The notes under the pieces are model-generated. The model ran no database searches. It was not told where the DNA came from and worked only from the letters and a program-made list of their open reading frames with translations. Position numbers and translations under genes: made by a program. A stretch of 64,000 nt of DNA from Candidatus Sungiibacteriota bacterium (lineage in GTDB: Bacteria > Patescibacteriota > Minisyncoccia > Sungbacterales > HO2-52-23), in assembly GCA_016432465.1 (NCBI GenBank), contig CP066690.1, positions 526,823 to 590,822 of the forward strand, written 5' to 3'. Of this stretch, positions 32,320 to 41,971 are shown in pieces (the first letter of the stretch is position 1; each line of letters starts with the position of its first letter).

Positions 32320-34742
32320 GATACGACCCCAAAACAATTGAAAAAAAGTGGCAAGCGCGCTGGCTCAAAGAAAAAACTTATGAGCCGGATTTAAGGCGCG
32401 CCAAAAAGCCCTTTTATAATCTTATGATGTTTCCGTACCCATCGGCCGAGGGTCTGCATGTGGGTAATATGTACGCCTTTGTGGGTGCGGATATTTACGG
32501 ACGGTTTAAGCGCATGCAGGGATACGACGTTTTTGAGCCAATAGGGCTTGATGGTTTTGGGATTCACTCCGAAAATTATGCGTTAAAGATAAAGAAGCAT
32601 CCGGCGGACCAAGCCAAAGTTTCAGAGAAAAATTTTTATCGGCAACTGGAGACGGTTGGCAATGGTTTTGCGTGGCAGGAAAAATTGGAAACTTACGACC
32701 CCGATTACTACAGATGGACTCAATGGATTTTTATACAAATGTATAAACACGGCCTTGCTTATCGTAAGAAAGCACAAGTCAATTGGTGTCCCTCCTGCCT
32801 TACTGTTTTGGCAGATGAGCAAGTACTTGCAGGAGAATGTGAGAGATGCGAGACCGAGGTGATTAAAAAAGAACTTGAGCAATGGTTTTTTAAGATTACG
32901 GATTATGCCGAGCGACTTTTAAAAAACTTGGATACTCTGGATTGGTCCGAGAGGATAAAAATCGCCCAGCGAAATTGGATTGGAAAAAGCGAGGGCGCGC
33001 TCCTTCGCTTTAATGTCAGATGTCAGATGTCAGATGTCAGATGTCCGTCTGTTGAAGTTTTCACCACCCGCCCTGATACTCTTTTCGGCGCGACCTACAT
33101 AGTGTTGGGGCCGGAACACCAACTTATATCAAAAATTAGAAATCAAATATCAAATATTAAAGAAGTTGAAGGGTACATTACAGGAGCTAAAACCAAGACT
33201 GATGAGGAGCGGATTGCGGAGGGTAAAGAAAAAAACGGGGTGGAGCTAAAAGGAATAAAAGCGACAAATCCGGCAAACGGCGAAGAAATTCCTATTTGGG
33301 TTGCAGATTATGTGTTGGGGAATGTGGGCACCGGAGCGATTATGGCGGTTCCGGCGCATGATGAACGCGATATGGAATTTGCTAAAAAATTTAATTTGCC
33401 CGTTAGCAACGCGCCGTTTGTTGATAAGGAAGAAATTGTCAGAAGGGTTGGGGGCAAAAAGACCGTAAATTATAGGCTTCGCGACTGGCTTATTTCCCGA
33501 CAGAGATATTGGGGACCGCCGATTCCGATGATTTACTGTCATAAGTGCGGTTGGATACCTGTTCCGGAGAAGGATTTGCCGGTGCGGCTTCCTTATATAA
33601 AAGAATTCAGACCAACAGGAACTGAAAAATCACCCCTGGCGCTGGTAGAAAAATTTTATAAGGTTCGTTGTCCAAAATGTAAGTCGTGGGCAAGACGAGA
33701 AACCGATGTTTCCGATACATTTTTGGATTCCGCGTGGTATTATATCGGCTACCTCATGGCGGCCTACGATTGGAAATTAGAAATTGGAAATTTGAAATTA
33801 CAGGAAGCCATGCGCAAATGGCTTCCGGTTGATATGTATATCGGCGGCGCCGAGCATGCGGTATTGCATCTTTTATATGTGAGATTTCTCGCGATGGCCT
33901 TTCGTGATTGGGGCTTAACTCTTTTTGAGGAACCATTTAAAAAATTCCGGGCGCACGGACTTTTGATCAGGGATGGCGCCAAAATGTCAAAATCGCGCGG
34001 CAACGTGGTGAACCCGGATGAATATATCCGCGCCTATGGCGCGGATGCCCTGCGGATGTATTTAATGTTTTTGGGGCCGTTTGAGCAGGGAGGGGATTTT
34101 CGGGATGACGGCATCAGGGGGATTACGAGGTTTCTTGAAAGGGCGTGGCGGTTTTGTTCGTCATACAAGGAGAGAAAGACGACTCCAATACACGAATTTC
34201 ACTCGAATGATTCGAATAATTCGGGTGCATTAGAGTATTTGAGTCGCATTCTACATAAAACCATCAAAAAAGTTACCGAGGATATTGAAGGTTTGCAGTA
34301 CAATACGGCGATATCGGCGTTAATGATTCTGCTGAATAAGTTTGAAGAAAGTCCGGAGGCTGTCACCAAGGAGCATGTTGCGGTTTTTCTTAGGCTTCTT
34401 GCGCCGTTTGCGCCGTTTATCAGCGAAGAGTTGTGGTCCCGATTTTTTGCGAACAAAAAATCGGGGATCCTCGATTCGCGAAGCGAATCGGGACATTCAT
34501 TTCATTCAATCCACCACGAGTCGTGGCCAAAGTATAATCCTAAGTTCGTTAAAGAAGAAACTTTTGAACTGGTAATACAAGTGAACGGTAAAGTGCGCGG
34601 CCGCGTTACTTTGCCGATTGGCGCGAGCGAGGAAGATGCAAAAAAGGCGGCTCTGGGTCCGGATTCGGTCAGGAAATATGTGATAGGAGATCCGCGAAAA
34701 GTCATTTTCGTGCCGAATAAGCTTATCAATTTTGTGGTTTAA
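32316..34742 (+). CDS. leuS: leucyl-tRNA synthetase
   Basis: HIGH-region HVGN, KMSKS, TTRPDT, CP1 editing-domain blocks. Confidence 0.9.
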   Translation: MRYDPKTIEKKWQARWLKEKTYEPDLRRAKKPFYNLMMFPYPSAEGLHVGNMYAFVGADIYGRFKRMQGYDVFEPIGLDGFGIHSENYALKIKKHPADQAKVSEKNFYRQLETVGNGFAWQEKLETYDPDYYRWTQWIFIQMYKHGLAYRKKAQVNWCPSCLTVLADEQVLAGECERCETEVIKKELEQWFFKITDYAERLLKNLDTLDWSERIKIAQRNWIGKSEGALLRFNVRCQMSDVRCPSVEVFTTRPDTLFGATYIVLGPEHQLISKIRNQISNIKEVEGYITGAKTKTDEERIAEGKEKNGVELKGIKATNPANGEEIPIWVADYVLGNVGTGAIMAVPAHDERDMEFAKKFNLPVSNAPFVDKEEIVRRVGGKKTVNYRLRDWLISRQRYWGPPIPMIYCHKCGWIPVPEKDLPVRLPYIKEFRPTGTEKSPLALVEKFYKVRCPKCKSWARRETDVSDTFLDSAWYYIGYLMAAYDWKLEIGNLKLQEAMRKWLPVDMYIGGAEHAVLHLLYVRFLAMAFRDWGLTLFEEPFKKFRAHGLLIRDGAKMSKSRGNVVNPDEYIRAYGADALRMYLMFLGPFEQGGDFRDDGIRGITRFLERAWRFCSSYKERKTTPIHEFHSNDSNNSGALEYLSRILHKTIKKVTEDIEGLQYNTAISALMILLNKFEESPEAVTKEHVAVFLRLLAPFAPFISEELWSRFFANKKSGILDSRSESGHSFHSIHHESWPKYNPKFVKEETFELVIQVNGKVRGRVTLPIGASEEDAKKAALGPDSVRKYVIGDPRKVIFVPNKLINFVV
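33013..33045. repeat. (ATGTCAG)x4 heptamer tandem repeat in frame inside leuS
   Basis: atgtcagatgtcagatgtcagatgtcagatgtc. Encodes NVRCQMSDVRC. Confidence 0.8.
33773..33800. repeat. (GAAATTN)x4 heptamer tandem repeat in frame inside leuS
   Basis: gaaattagaaattggaaatttgaaatta. Encodes KLEIGNLKL. Confidence 0.8.
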
Positions 34743-34743
34743 A

Positions 34744-34784
34744 AACATTCTAACATTCTGCAGAATGTTAGAATGTTTTTTGCT
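34744..34784 (+). terminator. rho-independent terminator (17-bp perfect palindrome + TTTTTT)
   Basis: AACATTCTAACATTCTG / CAGAATGTTAGAATGTT, then a T-run. Confidence 0.8.
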
Positions 34785-34846
34785 ACTTTTCTGGTTGCCG
34801 CTGGTGTTATATAAAGTGTGGGCTTGAATTTTTAAATAAATTTGGC

Positions 34847-36691
34847 ATGTGCGGAATTGTTGGATATATAGGAAAACAAAAGGCGCTTCCCATACTTCTG
34901 GATGGGATTAGAAATCTGGAATACCGTGGATATGATTCGGCTGGTTTTGCGCTACTTTCTCACAATCAACGCGTCCGGGCTGAAAAAGCCGTGGGGCGCG
35001 TTTTAAATCTTGAACAAAAAATTAAAGATCCGGCCGACTTTGCCGGGAAGATGGGTATCATTCACAGCCGCTGGGCCACCCACGGAGGAGTAACCGAAGC
35101 CAATGCCCACCCGCACTCGGATTGTCAGAAAAACATCTGGCTTGTGCATAACGGCATTATTGAAAACTACAAACAACTCAAGAGCGATCTGCTGAAAGTC
35201 GGACATAAATTTGATTCGGAAACCGATACTGAAGTGTTAGCACACCTAATAGAGGAGGTTCAAACCAAAAACCCGGAAACTGGATTAGAAGAAGCGGTGC
35301 GCCTTGCACTTCTTTCAATCCGCGGGACTTATGGTTTGGCCGTTTTTGACAAAAGAGAACCTGGAAAGTTGATAGCGGCCAGAAATTTCAGTCCGCTTCT
35401 TTTAGGGATCGGTAACAGGGAGTATTTTGTGGCGTCTGACGCTTCGGCCATTTTAAAGCATACCCAAAATGTAGTTTATCTTGATGACGGAGAAATGGCG
35501 GTCCTTACGCCGCACGAACACCATGTCTATGATCTTAGAAGAAATCTGCGCCCGAAGGAAACGCATAAAGTTGAGTGGTCACTAGAACAGGCGCAAAAGG
35601 CGGGCTTCCCCCACTTCATGTTAAAAGAAATCCATGAGCAACCAGAAGCCATTGAAAATTCTCTACGTGGGCGTCTGATTCCGGAAGAAGGACGCGTCAA
35701 GCTCGGAGGACTTTCCGAGGTTGCAGAGAAATTAAAAAACGCAAAGCGAATTTTAATTTCTGCCTGCGGCACGGCCTATTTTGCCGGGATGGTTGGTGAA
35801 TATATGCTTGAGGAATATGCCGGAATCCCGGTTGAGGTTGATTTGGCTTCCGAATTTCGCTACCGAAAACCGGTTTTCCGCGAAGGCGATGTGTTTTTAG
35901 CAATCTCGCAGTCTGGCGAGACCGCCGACACTTTGGCCGCGCTTCGGGAAGCAAAAGAAAAGGGAGTACTGACGTTGGGGATTGTTAATGTGGTTGGTTC
36001 AACCATGGCGCGCGATACGGATGCGGGCGTGTATCAGCATATTGGTCCGGAAATTGGCGTTGCTTCCACTAAAGCCTTTACTTCGCAGGTTGCTATTTTG
36101 GGACTCTTGACGCTTCTTTTAGGAAGGCAGCGGGAAATGTCGTTGGTAACAGGACAGCGAATTGCTAAAGAATTGAAAACTATCCCAGTTTTGATTAAGA
36201 AAATTTTGACTCAAGATGATTGTATTAAAAAGCTTGCCCAAAAATATCAGCACCATCAGAATTTCTTGTATCTTGGCAGAAAATATAACCTTCCGGTCGC
36301 GTACGAGGGCGCGTTGAAATTGAAAGAAATTTCTTATGCTCACGCCGAAGGATACGGAGCAGGAGAGATGAAACACGGATCCATTGCGTTGATTGATGAA
36401 AATTTCCCCTCTTTGTTTATTGCGCCACACGACTCTGTTTACGAAAAGATGATTTCCAACATGGAAGAGGTAAAAGCCCGTAGGGGCCCCGTGATTGCTG
36501 TTGCCACCGAGGGCGATAAAAAAATCCGCGAGCTTGCGGACGATGTAATTTATATACCTAAAACCCTGGAGATGCTGACCCCGCTTTTGTCAGTAATCCC
36601 GCTTCAGCTTTTTGCGTATCATTTTGGAGTATTGCGCGGTTGTGATGTTGATAGGCCCCGTAACTTGGCTAAGAGCGTAACTGTAGAATAG
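34847..36691 (+). CDS. glmS: glutamine--fructose-6-phosphate aminotransferase
   Basis: MCGIVGYIG N-terminal nucleophile. Two SIS domains. Confidence 0.95.
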   Translation: MCGIVGYIGKQKALPILLDGIRNLEYRGYDSAGFALLSHNQRVRAEKAVGRVLNLEQKIKDPADFAGKMGIIHSRWATHGGVTEANAHPHSDCQKNIWLVHNGIIENYKQLKSDLLKVGHKFDSETDTEVLAHLIEEVQTKNPETGLEEAVRLALLSIRGTYGLAVFDKREPGKLIAARNFSPLLLGIGNREYFVASDASAILKHTQNVVYLDDGEMAVLTPHEHHVYDLRRNLRPKETHKVEWSLEQAQKAGFPHFMLKEIHEQPEAIENSLRGRLIPEEGRVKLGGLSEVAEKLKNAKRILISACGTAYFAGMVGEYMLEEYAGIPVEVDLASEFRYRKPVFREGDVFLAISQSGETADTLAALREAKEKGVLTLGIVNVVGSTMARDTDAGVYQHIGPEIGVASTKAFTSQVAILGLLTLLLGRQREMSLVTGQRIAKELKTIPVLIKKILTQDDCIKKLAQKYQHHQNFLYLGRKYNLPVAYEGALKLKEISYAHAEGYGAGEMKHGSIALIDENFPSLFIAPHDSVYEKMISNMEEVKARRGPVIAVATEGDKKIRELADDVIYIPKTLEMLTPLLSVIPLQLFAYHFGVLRGCDVDRPRNLAKSVTVE

Positions 36692-36756
36692 GGCATGATG
36701 CTTGCCCCGTCACTAAATTTTGACCCTTTATTTTGCCGCCCTTCATCCCCCACCTA

Positions 36757-36849
36757 TTCTACACTCGACTCCGTGTTGAAACGGACAGGGTTATAGAAAA
36801 TACTCTTTTCAAAGCCTCCTCGGGGTTTGTCAGTAGAATAGGTGGGGGA
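36757..36849. repeat. 15-bp perfect inverted repeat (CCCCCACCTATTCTA / TAGAATAGGTGGGGG) enclosing 63 nt
   Basis: Read directly. GTAGAATAGG/GTAGAATAAT also occurs at 36683 and 36976. Confidence 0.7.
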
Positions 36850-37019
36850 CAAGTAAGCTGGCGAGATAGACACCATAGCGGGCTAAAATTGAAGTGGACT
36901 CATTATACACGATTGCGGCAGTCAAAATTTTAGTGCGGGGATGATAAACCGCGAAACCTTGCAAAATCAGTAACGGTAGAATAATCTAAAAATAGGACTT
37001 GTTTTGGGGATCTAGTTAG

Positions 37020-37235
37020 GTGCCAAAGAAAAGTAAACGCTCCAAAGAGAAACAAACAATTTGTGTAGTTTGCAAACTGCCTATCAGAAAAGGAACGCTT
37101 TGTATAGTAGTACATTCCTGCACTAAAAATGGTCGTTCGCGGAAGAGGTGTAGATGTAAGAAATTAGCGCATATCCGTCATGGTGGTCTCGAGGCAGTAG
37201 TTGATAATCGTGAAGCAATCGGCATGGGTGATTAA
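37020..37235 (+). CDS. small basic Cys-rich (zinc-ribbon-like) protein, hypothetical
   Basis: GTG start. CVVC...C...C..CRC pattern. Terminator downstream. No clear SD. Confidence 0.3.
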   Translation: MPKKSKRSKEKQTICVVCKLPIRKGTLCIVVHSCTKNGRSRKRCRCKKLAHIRHGGLEAVVDNREAIGMGD

Positions 37236-37277
37236 AAAATTTAACATCCTACCTCTGGGTAGGATGTTCGTCTTTTT
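37234..37277. terminator. bidirectional rho-independent terminator
   Basis: AAAAAA + AACATCCTACC..GGTAGGATGTT + TCTTTTT, between convergent genes. Confidence 0.7.
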
Positions 37278-37283
37278 CAGCCC

Positions 37284-37805
37284 TTACTCTTCCGGTCTTA
37301 TCATCATTTTGTAAAGATTTGTTCCCCATTCCCCCTTAGCCTCCGCAACCTGCACAAAACCAAGTTTTAAGTATAGCTTATTGGCTTCAACTCTGCTGGG
37401 ACGGCTGGTAAGGCCAAGAAAAAGGTGATCGTAGTAAAGTTTGACCGGCAGCCGGTGTTCTCTGGCAAACCCCCGCGCGTTTTCAATCAGATGCCGGACG
37501 ATTATTTCACCAATACCTTGGCCACGATGGTCTTTATCCACCACAATATCATGAATTTCTGCGATCCAGCGACCCAGATTTCTTTGAAAGAAAATTGAAC
37601 CCATTCCCAGTAGTAACTGTTCGCCGCCCCCAGAAGTTTCTCTGGCCACAAAGAGATAGAAATTTTGGTTGCCAAGACATTCATTAAGTTCTTCTATCGT
37701 AAGCGGTACTGCTTTTCCTGAAGGTGAGAGCTGGGGAAGCAGCCGGTTTATGGTTGCAAGAGCGCGGCGCGCGTCTGCGGGCCCAATCCTTTTAATTTCA
37801 ACCAC
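37284..37805 (-). CDS. GNAT family N-acetyltransferase
   Basis: Acetyl-CoA binding motif HRGQGIGEIIV. Confidence 0.8.
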   Translation of the reverse strand: MVEIKRIGPADARRALATINRLLPQLSPSGKAVPLTIEELNECLGNQNFYLFVARETSGGGEQLLLGMGSIFFQRNLGRWIAEIHDIVVDKDHRGQGIGEIIVRHLIENARGFAREHRLPVKLYYDHLFLGLTSRPSRVEANKLYLKLGFVQVAEAKGEWGTNLYKMMIRPEE

Positions 37806-38042
37806 GGATCGTCGTCCTTTTTGGGTAGATGTTCTATATTTTGAAACGAAGGATTATGCTCTTTGGTTATATCAAATAGACATTTAGATGCAATAGTTGG
37901 CATCGCCGCCCTTCATGCCAAACCCGCTTGTTTTAAGTAAAGTTCTAATGCTTTCCGAAATGGATATACATAGCGCTTGGGATGTTCGGCAGACCGGAGA
38001 GGGTCCTTGCGAGAGTGATTTCTTAAACCTTCATTTTTTAGG

Positions 38043-38678
38043 ATGGTTCAAGTAGCAGCGGAAAAACCCAAAAAACGTAAGGGAATCATTATATGGGATT
38101 TTGATCGGGTGCTTTTTAATACCGAGAAATATTTTCAAGATAACGCCCAAGTTTTTCGTACTTATAATATTCCGGAGGATGCCCTGCGGCATGCAGTAGA
38201 TAACATAAATAATAGCGATGCTACTTTTTCTACGGCCGCACTCTGTCGTGAATTAAAAAAGATGGGGTTATACTGCCCAGTTAGTCGGGCGCGGCGTACG
38301 GTAAACCAAAGCCTTTCCCGTTATCGGTACATTGATGCTGCGGCGGATCAACTGCTACACCGTCTTAAAAGACGGGGATTTATCCACTTTCTTTTGAGCT
38401 TTGGAAATGGAGCATATCAGGGAAAAAAAATTAAAATTGCCGGCGGTAAAACCCTACGTCATTTTGAAAAATTGATTGTTACCGGAAAACCCAAGCATGT
38501 ATTTATTAAGCGTATTGCCCGTCGCTATTTCGACCTTCCCATATTTTTTATTGATGATACGCGGAGCCATATTGAACTTGTTCAAAAATACATTCCTCGG
38601 GTATGCACTATACACTATAGTGGTCGATTGTCGCTGCGGGACGTGGAACGCACGATTTTAAATCGCCATGCTGACTAA
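38043..38678 (+). CDS. HAD-superfamily hydrolase-like protein
   Basis: Motif I IIIWDFDRVLFNT (DxD). Motif IV FFIDDTRSH. Confidence 0.5.
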   Translation: MVQVAAEKPKKRKGIIIWDFDRVLFNTEKYFQDNAQVFRTYNIPEDALRHAVDNINNSDATFSTAALCRELKKMGLYCPVSRARRTVNQSLSRYRYIDAAADQLLHRLKRRGFIHFLLSFGNGAYQGKKIKIAGGKTLRHFEKLIVTGKPKHVFIKRIARRYFDLPIFFIDDTRSHIELVQKYIPRVCTIHYSGRLSLRDVERTILNRHAD

Positions 38679-39627
38679 ACCGATAATTAAAATTCCTAAA
38701 GTTGTTGTAATTGGTGGTGGAACCGGTGTCTTTACAGTACTCTCGGGCCTTAGAAAGTATAATCTTGACCTTACGGCAATAGTGTCTATGGCTGACGACG
38801 GCGGTTCCTCCGGAACCTTACGCGAAGAGTTCGGAATTCTGCCGCCCGGAGACGCACGAAGGGCCTTGGTTGCTCTTGCTCATACCGACAACCAGATGTT
38901 GAGTGAACTTTTTAATTATCGTTTTACGGAAGGCAGGCTGACTGGTCATGCCTTTGGTAATTTGTTACTCACGGCCCTGGAAAGAATTACTGGAAGTTTT
39001 GAGGGGGCGTTAAGTGAGGCCGGCCGCATACTAAATGTACGGGGACGGGTTATTCCTGTTACTTTGGATAAGGTGCGGCTATGCGCTAAGTTGGAAGACG
39101 GCACCGTTGTTCGGGGTGAAACCAACATTGATATTCCTAAACACGACCCGCGTCTTAGAGTTAAAAAGATATATTTAGAGCCAAGGGCCAAAGGAAATAA
39201 AAACGCCGTGAGGGTTCTTAAAGAAGCAGATCTTATAGTTATGGGGCCCGGCGACTTATTTACCAGTGTTTTGCCCAACCTTCTCGTTCGGGGGGTTCCG
39301 GTAGCAATCAGAAAATCAAAAGCAAAAAAAGTTTTTGTCGTAAATACTATGACCAAGGTCGGCGAGACAAACAGTTTTAAGGTCAACGATTTCCTTTTTG
39401 AGGTAGAAAAATATCTTGGCCGCGGAGTTTTGAATTATATCGTGGTAAATACTAAAAAACCGCCACACACGCGTCTTGTTGAGTATGAACGCGAGGGCAA
39501 GATTATGGTAGGGACAGGAAGTCTGTCGTCTAAACCCATACCAATCCTCGGTAACTTTATTCGTACTTCTGGTTTCGTACGTCATGATCCGGAAAAATTA
39601 TCTAAGGTTTTAGTGTCTTTATTGTGA
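38668..39627 (+). CDS. YvcK/UPF0052 family protein (gluconeogenesis factor, CofD-like)
   Basis: VVVIGGGTGVFTVLSGL and SMADDGGSSG motifs. Confidence 0.8.
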   Translation: MLTKPIIKIPKVVVIGGGTGVFTVLSGLRKYNLDLTAIVSMADDGGSSGTLREEFGILPPGDARRALVALAHTDNQMLSELFNYRFTEGRLTGHAFGNLLLTALERITGSFEGALSEAGRILNVRGRVIPVTLDKVRLCAKLEDGTVVRGETNIDIPKHDPRLRVKKIYLEPRAKGNKNAVRVLKEADLIVMGPGDLFTSVLPNLLVRGVPVAIRKSKAKKVFVVNTMTKVGETNSFKVNDFLFEVEKYLGRGVLNYIVVNTKKPPHTRLVEYEREGKIMVGTGSLSSKPIPILGNFIRTSGFVRHDPEKLSKVLVSLL

Positions 39628-40262
39628 GAGTAACAAGGTTGTCCGAAAAAAATTTCCGCAAGGTTTTATCTTTGACGGAGAAAATTTTACTATCCGGCGG
39701 AGTTCTGATTGGTCCGACTGATACGGTCTATGGAATTTTTGGTGATGCAACCAAATCCGAGGTTATAAAAAAAATGTTTGCGATGAAAAAGCGGCCGGAG
39801 GAAAAGGCATTTCCGATTTTTGTAAAAGATGTTGCTGCCGCCCGCAAATATGTTTATATTTCGGACGCCAAAACAAAATTTTTAGAAAAAGTATGGCCGG
39901 GACCCGTAACAGCTGTGTTTCATCATAAAGAAAAATTACCCAAGATTCTCACGAAAGAGTTTGATACCTTGGGTATTCGTATACCCAGCCACCCCTTTTT
40001 ACTTGAGCTTCTTTCGCGGCTTGATTTTCCTTTGGCCCAGACCTCGGCGAACATTTCGGGAAAGCCGCCTGCAAAAAATACCAGCACGATAAAGAGATAT
40101 TTTGAGAAGGAAAAAGTAAAACCCGACTTGGTAGTTGATGGCGGTGAACTTTCGGGTCGCCCCTCCGCCGTAGTTGATTTTAGCGGCACGGGCCCCATTT
40201 TGTTACGAAGCGGTCTTGTAGACAAACGGGAGCTTGACCGGATTCTTGGTATCATGAAATAA
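39624..40262 (+). CDS. tsaC: L-threonylcarbamoyladenylate synthase (YrdC/TsaC domain)
   Basis: YrdC signature LIGPTDTVYGI...LGIRIPSHP...AQTSANISG. Confidence 0.8.
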   Translation: MRVTRLSEKNFRKVLSLTEKILLSGGVLIGPTDTVYGIFGDATKSEVIKKMFAMKKRPEEKAFPIFVKDVAAARKYVYISDAKTKFLEKVWPGPVTAVFHHKEKLPKILTKEFDTLGIRIPSHPFLLELLSRLDFPLAQTSANISGKPPAKNTSTIKRYFEKEKVKPDLVVDGGELSGRPSAVVDFSGTGPILLRSGLVDKRELDRILGIMK

Positions 40263-41557
40263 TGGCAACAGTTCCAGTGGGGGCTACAAAAAACATGAAC
40301 GGATTTCGCAACCTCAAAAAACATGACCCGCAACTTGCTAAGTTTCTTGCGGCAGAAGTTAAGCGCCAGCGTAAGACGCTTAATTTAATTCCTTCTGAAA
40401 ATATTATTTCTCCTGCGGTACTTGAGGCGTTGGGGTCACGGCTGACGGATAAATACTCCGAAGGATACCCCGGGAAAAGATATTACGCGGGGAATAAAAT
40501 TATTGATGAGATTGAGTTATTGGCTCAGCGTCGGGCAAGAAAGGTTTTTAGACTTGGGGAACATTGGCACGTTAATGTCCAGCCCTATTCGGGCTCACCG
40601 GCCAATTTAGCAATTTATCAAGCTCTGGTTCCGGTTGGCGAGAAATTAATGGGCATGGCTCTTCCTTTTGGCGGGCATTTAACTCACGGATGGAAAGTAA
40701 GCATAACCGGTAAACTCTGGACGCCGGTTCAATACGGCGTGGGCCGTGATGGCTACATTAATTATGAGGAAATCAGACAACTTGCCGAGCGCGAGAGGCC
40801 CAAAATTATTGTTGCCGGCGCCACCGCTTACCCGCGGGTTATAGATTTTGAGAAATTTGGCAGAATAGCGCATGAGGTGGGGGCGTATTTTCTGGCCGAT
40901 ATCTCGCATATTGCAGGACTTATTGCCGGAGGTGTGCATCCCTCGCCGTTTCCGCACGCTGATGTGGTTATGACCACTACCCATAAAACCCTACGCGGCC
41001 CCAGAGGCGCAATAATCTTTGTGAATCGCGAATCCGAAGTTGCTAGAAAGCAAGGGATGGACATTGCTGCTGCTGTTGATAAGGCCGTATTTCCCGGACT
41101 GCAGGGCGGACCGCACGATCATCAGACCGCAGCTATTGCCGCGGCCCTTGGGGAGGCGGCAAAACCGGCCTTTAAAAAATACGCTCACCAGATTGTAAAA
41201 AATGCCAAAGCCCTTGCGGCTGAATTGCAAAAACTTGGATTTCGTCTGGTTTCGGGCGGAACCGACAATCACCTTATGCTTATTGACCTTACGGTCCTTG
41301 GTATTTCCGGTCGGGAAGCGCAGGATCGGCTGGAAAAGGCGGGGATTATTGTAAATCGCAACACCATTCCGTATGATACCCGTTCTCCGTTTGATCCCTC
41401 AGGGATCAGAATTGGCACTCCGGCGTTAACGACAAGAGGCATGAAAGAGGGAGAAATGCAGGAGGTGGCGCAGCTAATTTATCAAGTATTGACCACCACC
41501 GTCCCGTATGGTACACTAAGGGCAGTGCATCGCCTTTGCAAGCGGTTCCCGACATAG
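40262..41557 (+). CDS. glyA: serine hydroxymethyltransferase
   Basis: PLP-lysine region TTTHKTLRGPRGA. Full-length SHMT. Confidence 0.95.
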   Translation: MATVPVGATKNMNGFRNLKKHDPQLAKFLAAEVKRQRKTLNLIPSENIISPAVLEALGSRLTDKYSEGYPGKRYYAGNKIIDEIELLAQRRARKVFRLGEHWHVNVQPYSGSPANLAIYQALVPVGEKLMGMALPFGGHLTHGWKVSITGKLWTPVQYGVGRDGYINYEEIRQLAERERPKIIVAGATAYPRVIDFEKFGRIAHEVGAYFLADISHIAGLIAGGVHPSPFPHADVVMTTTHKTLRGPRGAIIFVNRESEVARKQGMDIAAAVDKAVFPGLQGGPHDHQTAAIAAALGEAAKPAFKKYAHQIVKNAKALAAELQKLGFRLVSGGTDNHLMLIDLTVLGISGREAQDRLEKAGIIVNRNTIPYDTRSPFDPSGIRIGTPALTTRGMKEGEMQEVAQLIYQVLTTTVPYGTLRAVHRLCKRFPT

Positions 41558-41565
41558 GAGGGAAT

Positions 41566-41895
41566 ATGGGTTTAGATACGAAATGTCCTGTGCACGGCAA
41601 TATGCATTCTGGTTTTGCATGTGATCAGGCTTCCTCCACCGAAGAATTAAAGCTTTTCTACGTCTGCGCAGATTTTCCGAGCCCCTTTCGTGTTTATGAT
41701 ACAATTTCTGTGGGGTGCAAAGTATTGGCAAAAGATCAAGCAGAGGCACGGGAGTTGGTGACAGGAAGCCGACAATATCAAATTCTTATGGAGCGTTATG
41801 GGATCGTTGGACTTAAGACAAAGGAAATGCCAAAGTTTAACCGTCCTCATATTGTAGAGTGGGATAGTACCCTTGATCTTTTACTGGGCCACTAA
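41566..41895 (+). CDS. hypothetical small protein
   Basis: Strong SD AGGAGGGAAT before the ATG at 41566. Cys/His-containing. Terminator downstream. Confidence 0.45.
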   Translation: MGLDTKCPVHGNMHSGFACDQASSTEELKLFYVCADFPSPFRVYDTISVGCKVLAKDQAEARELVTGSRQYQILMERYGIVGLKTKEMPKFNRPHIVEWDSTLDLLLGH

Positions 41896-41924
41896 GCGAT
41901 TTTAAGCCCGTCACTAAGTAGTTG

Positions 41925-41955
41925 GAAGCCCGCGCGCTTCCATTTTTTTATTTTT
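41925..41955 (+). terminator. rho-independent terminator
   Basis: GGAAGC-ccgcgc-GCTTCC, then ATTTTTTTATTTTT. Confidence 0.75.
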
Positions 41956-41971
41956 AGGGCATAATTAGTTC

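Noticed and set aside
36692-37020. glmS ribozyme or riboswitch
   Set aside because: The structured region lies downstream of glmS, not in its 5' leader. No conserved ribozyme core was recognised.
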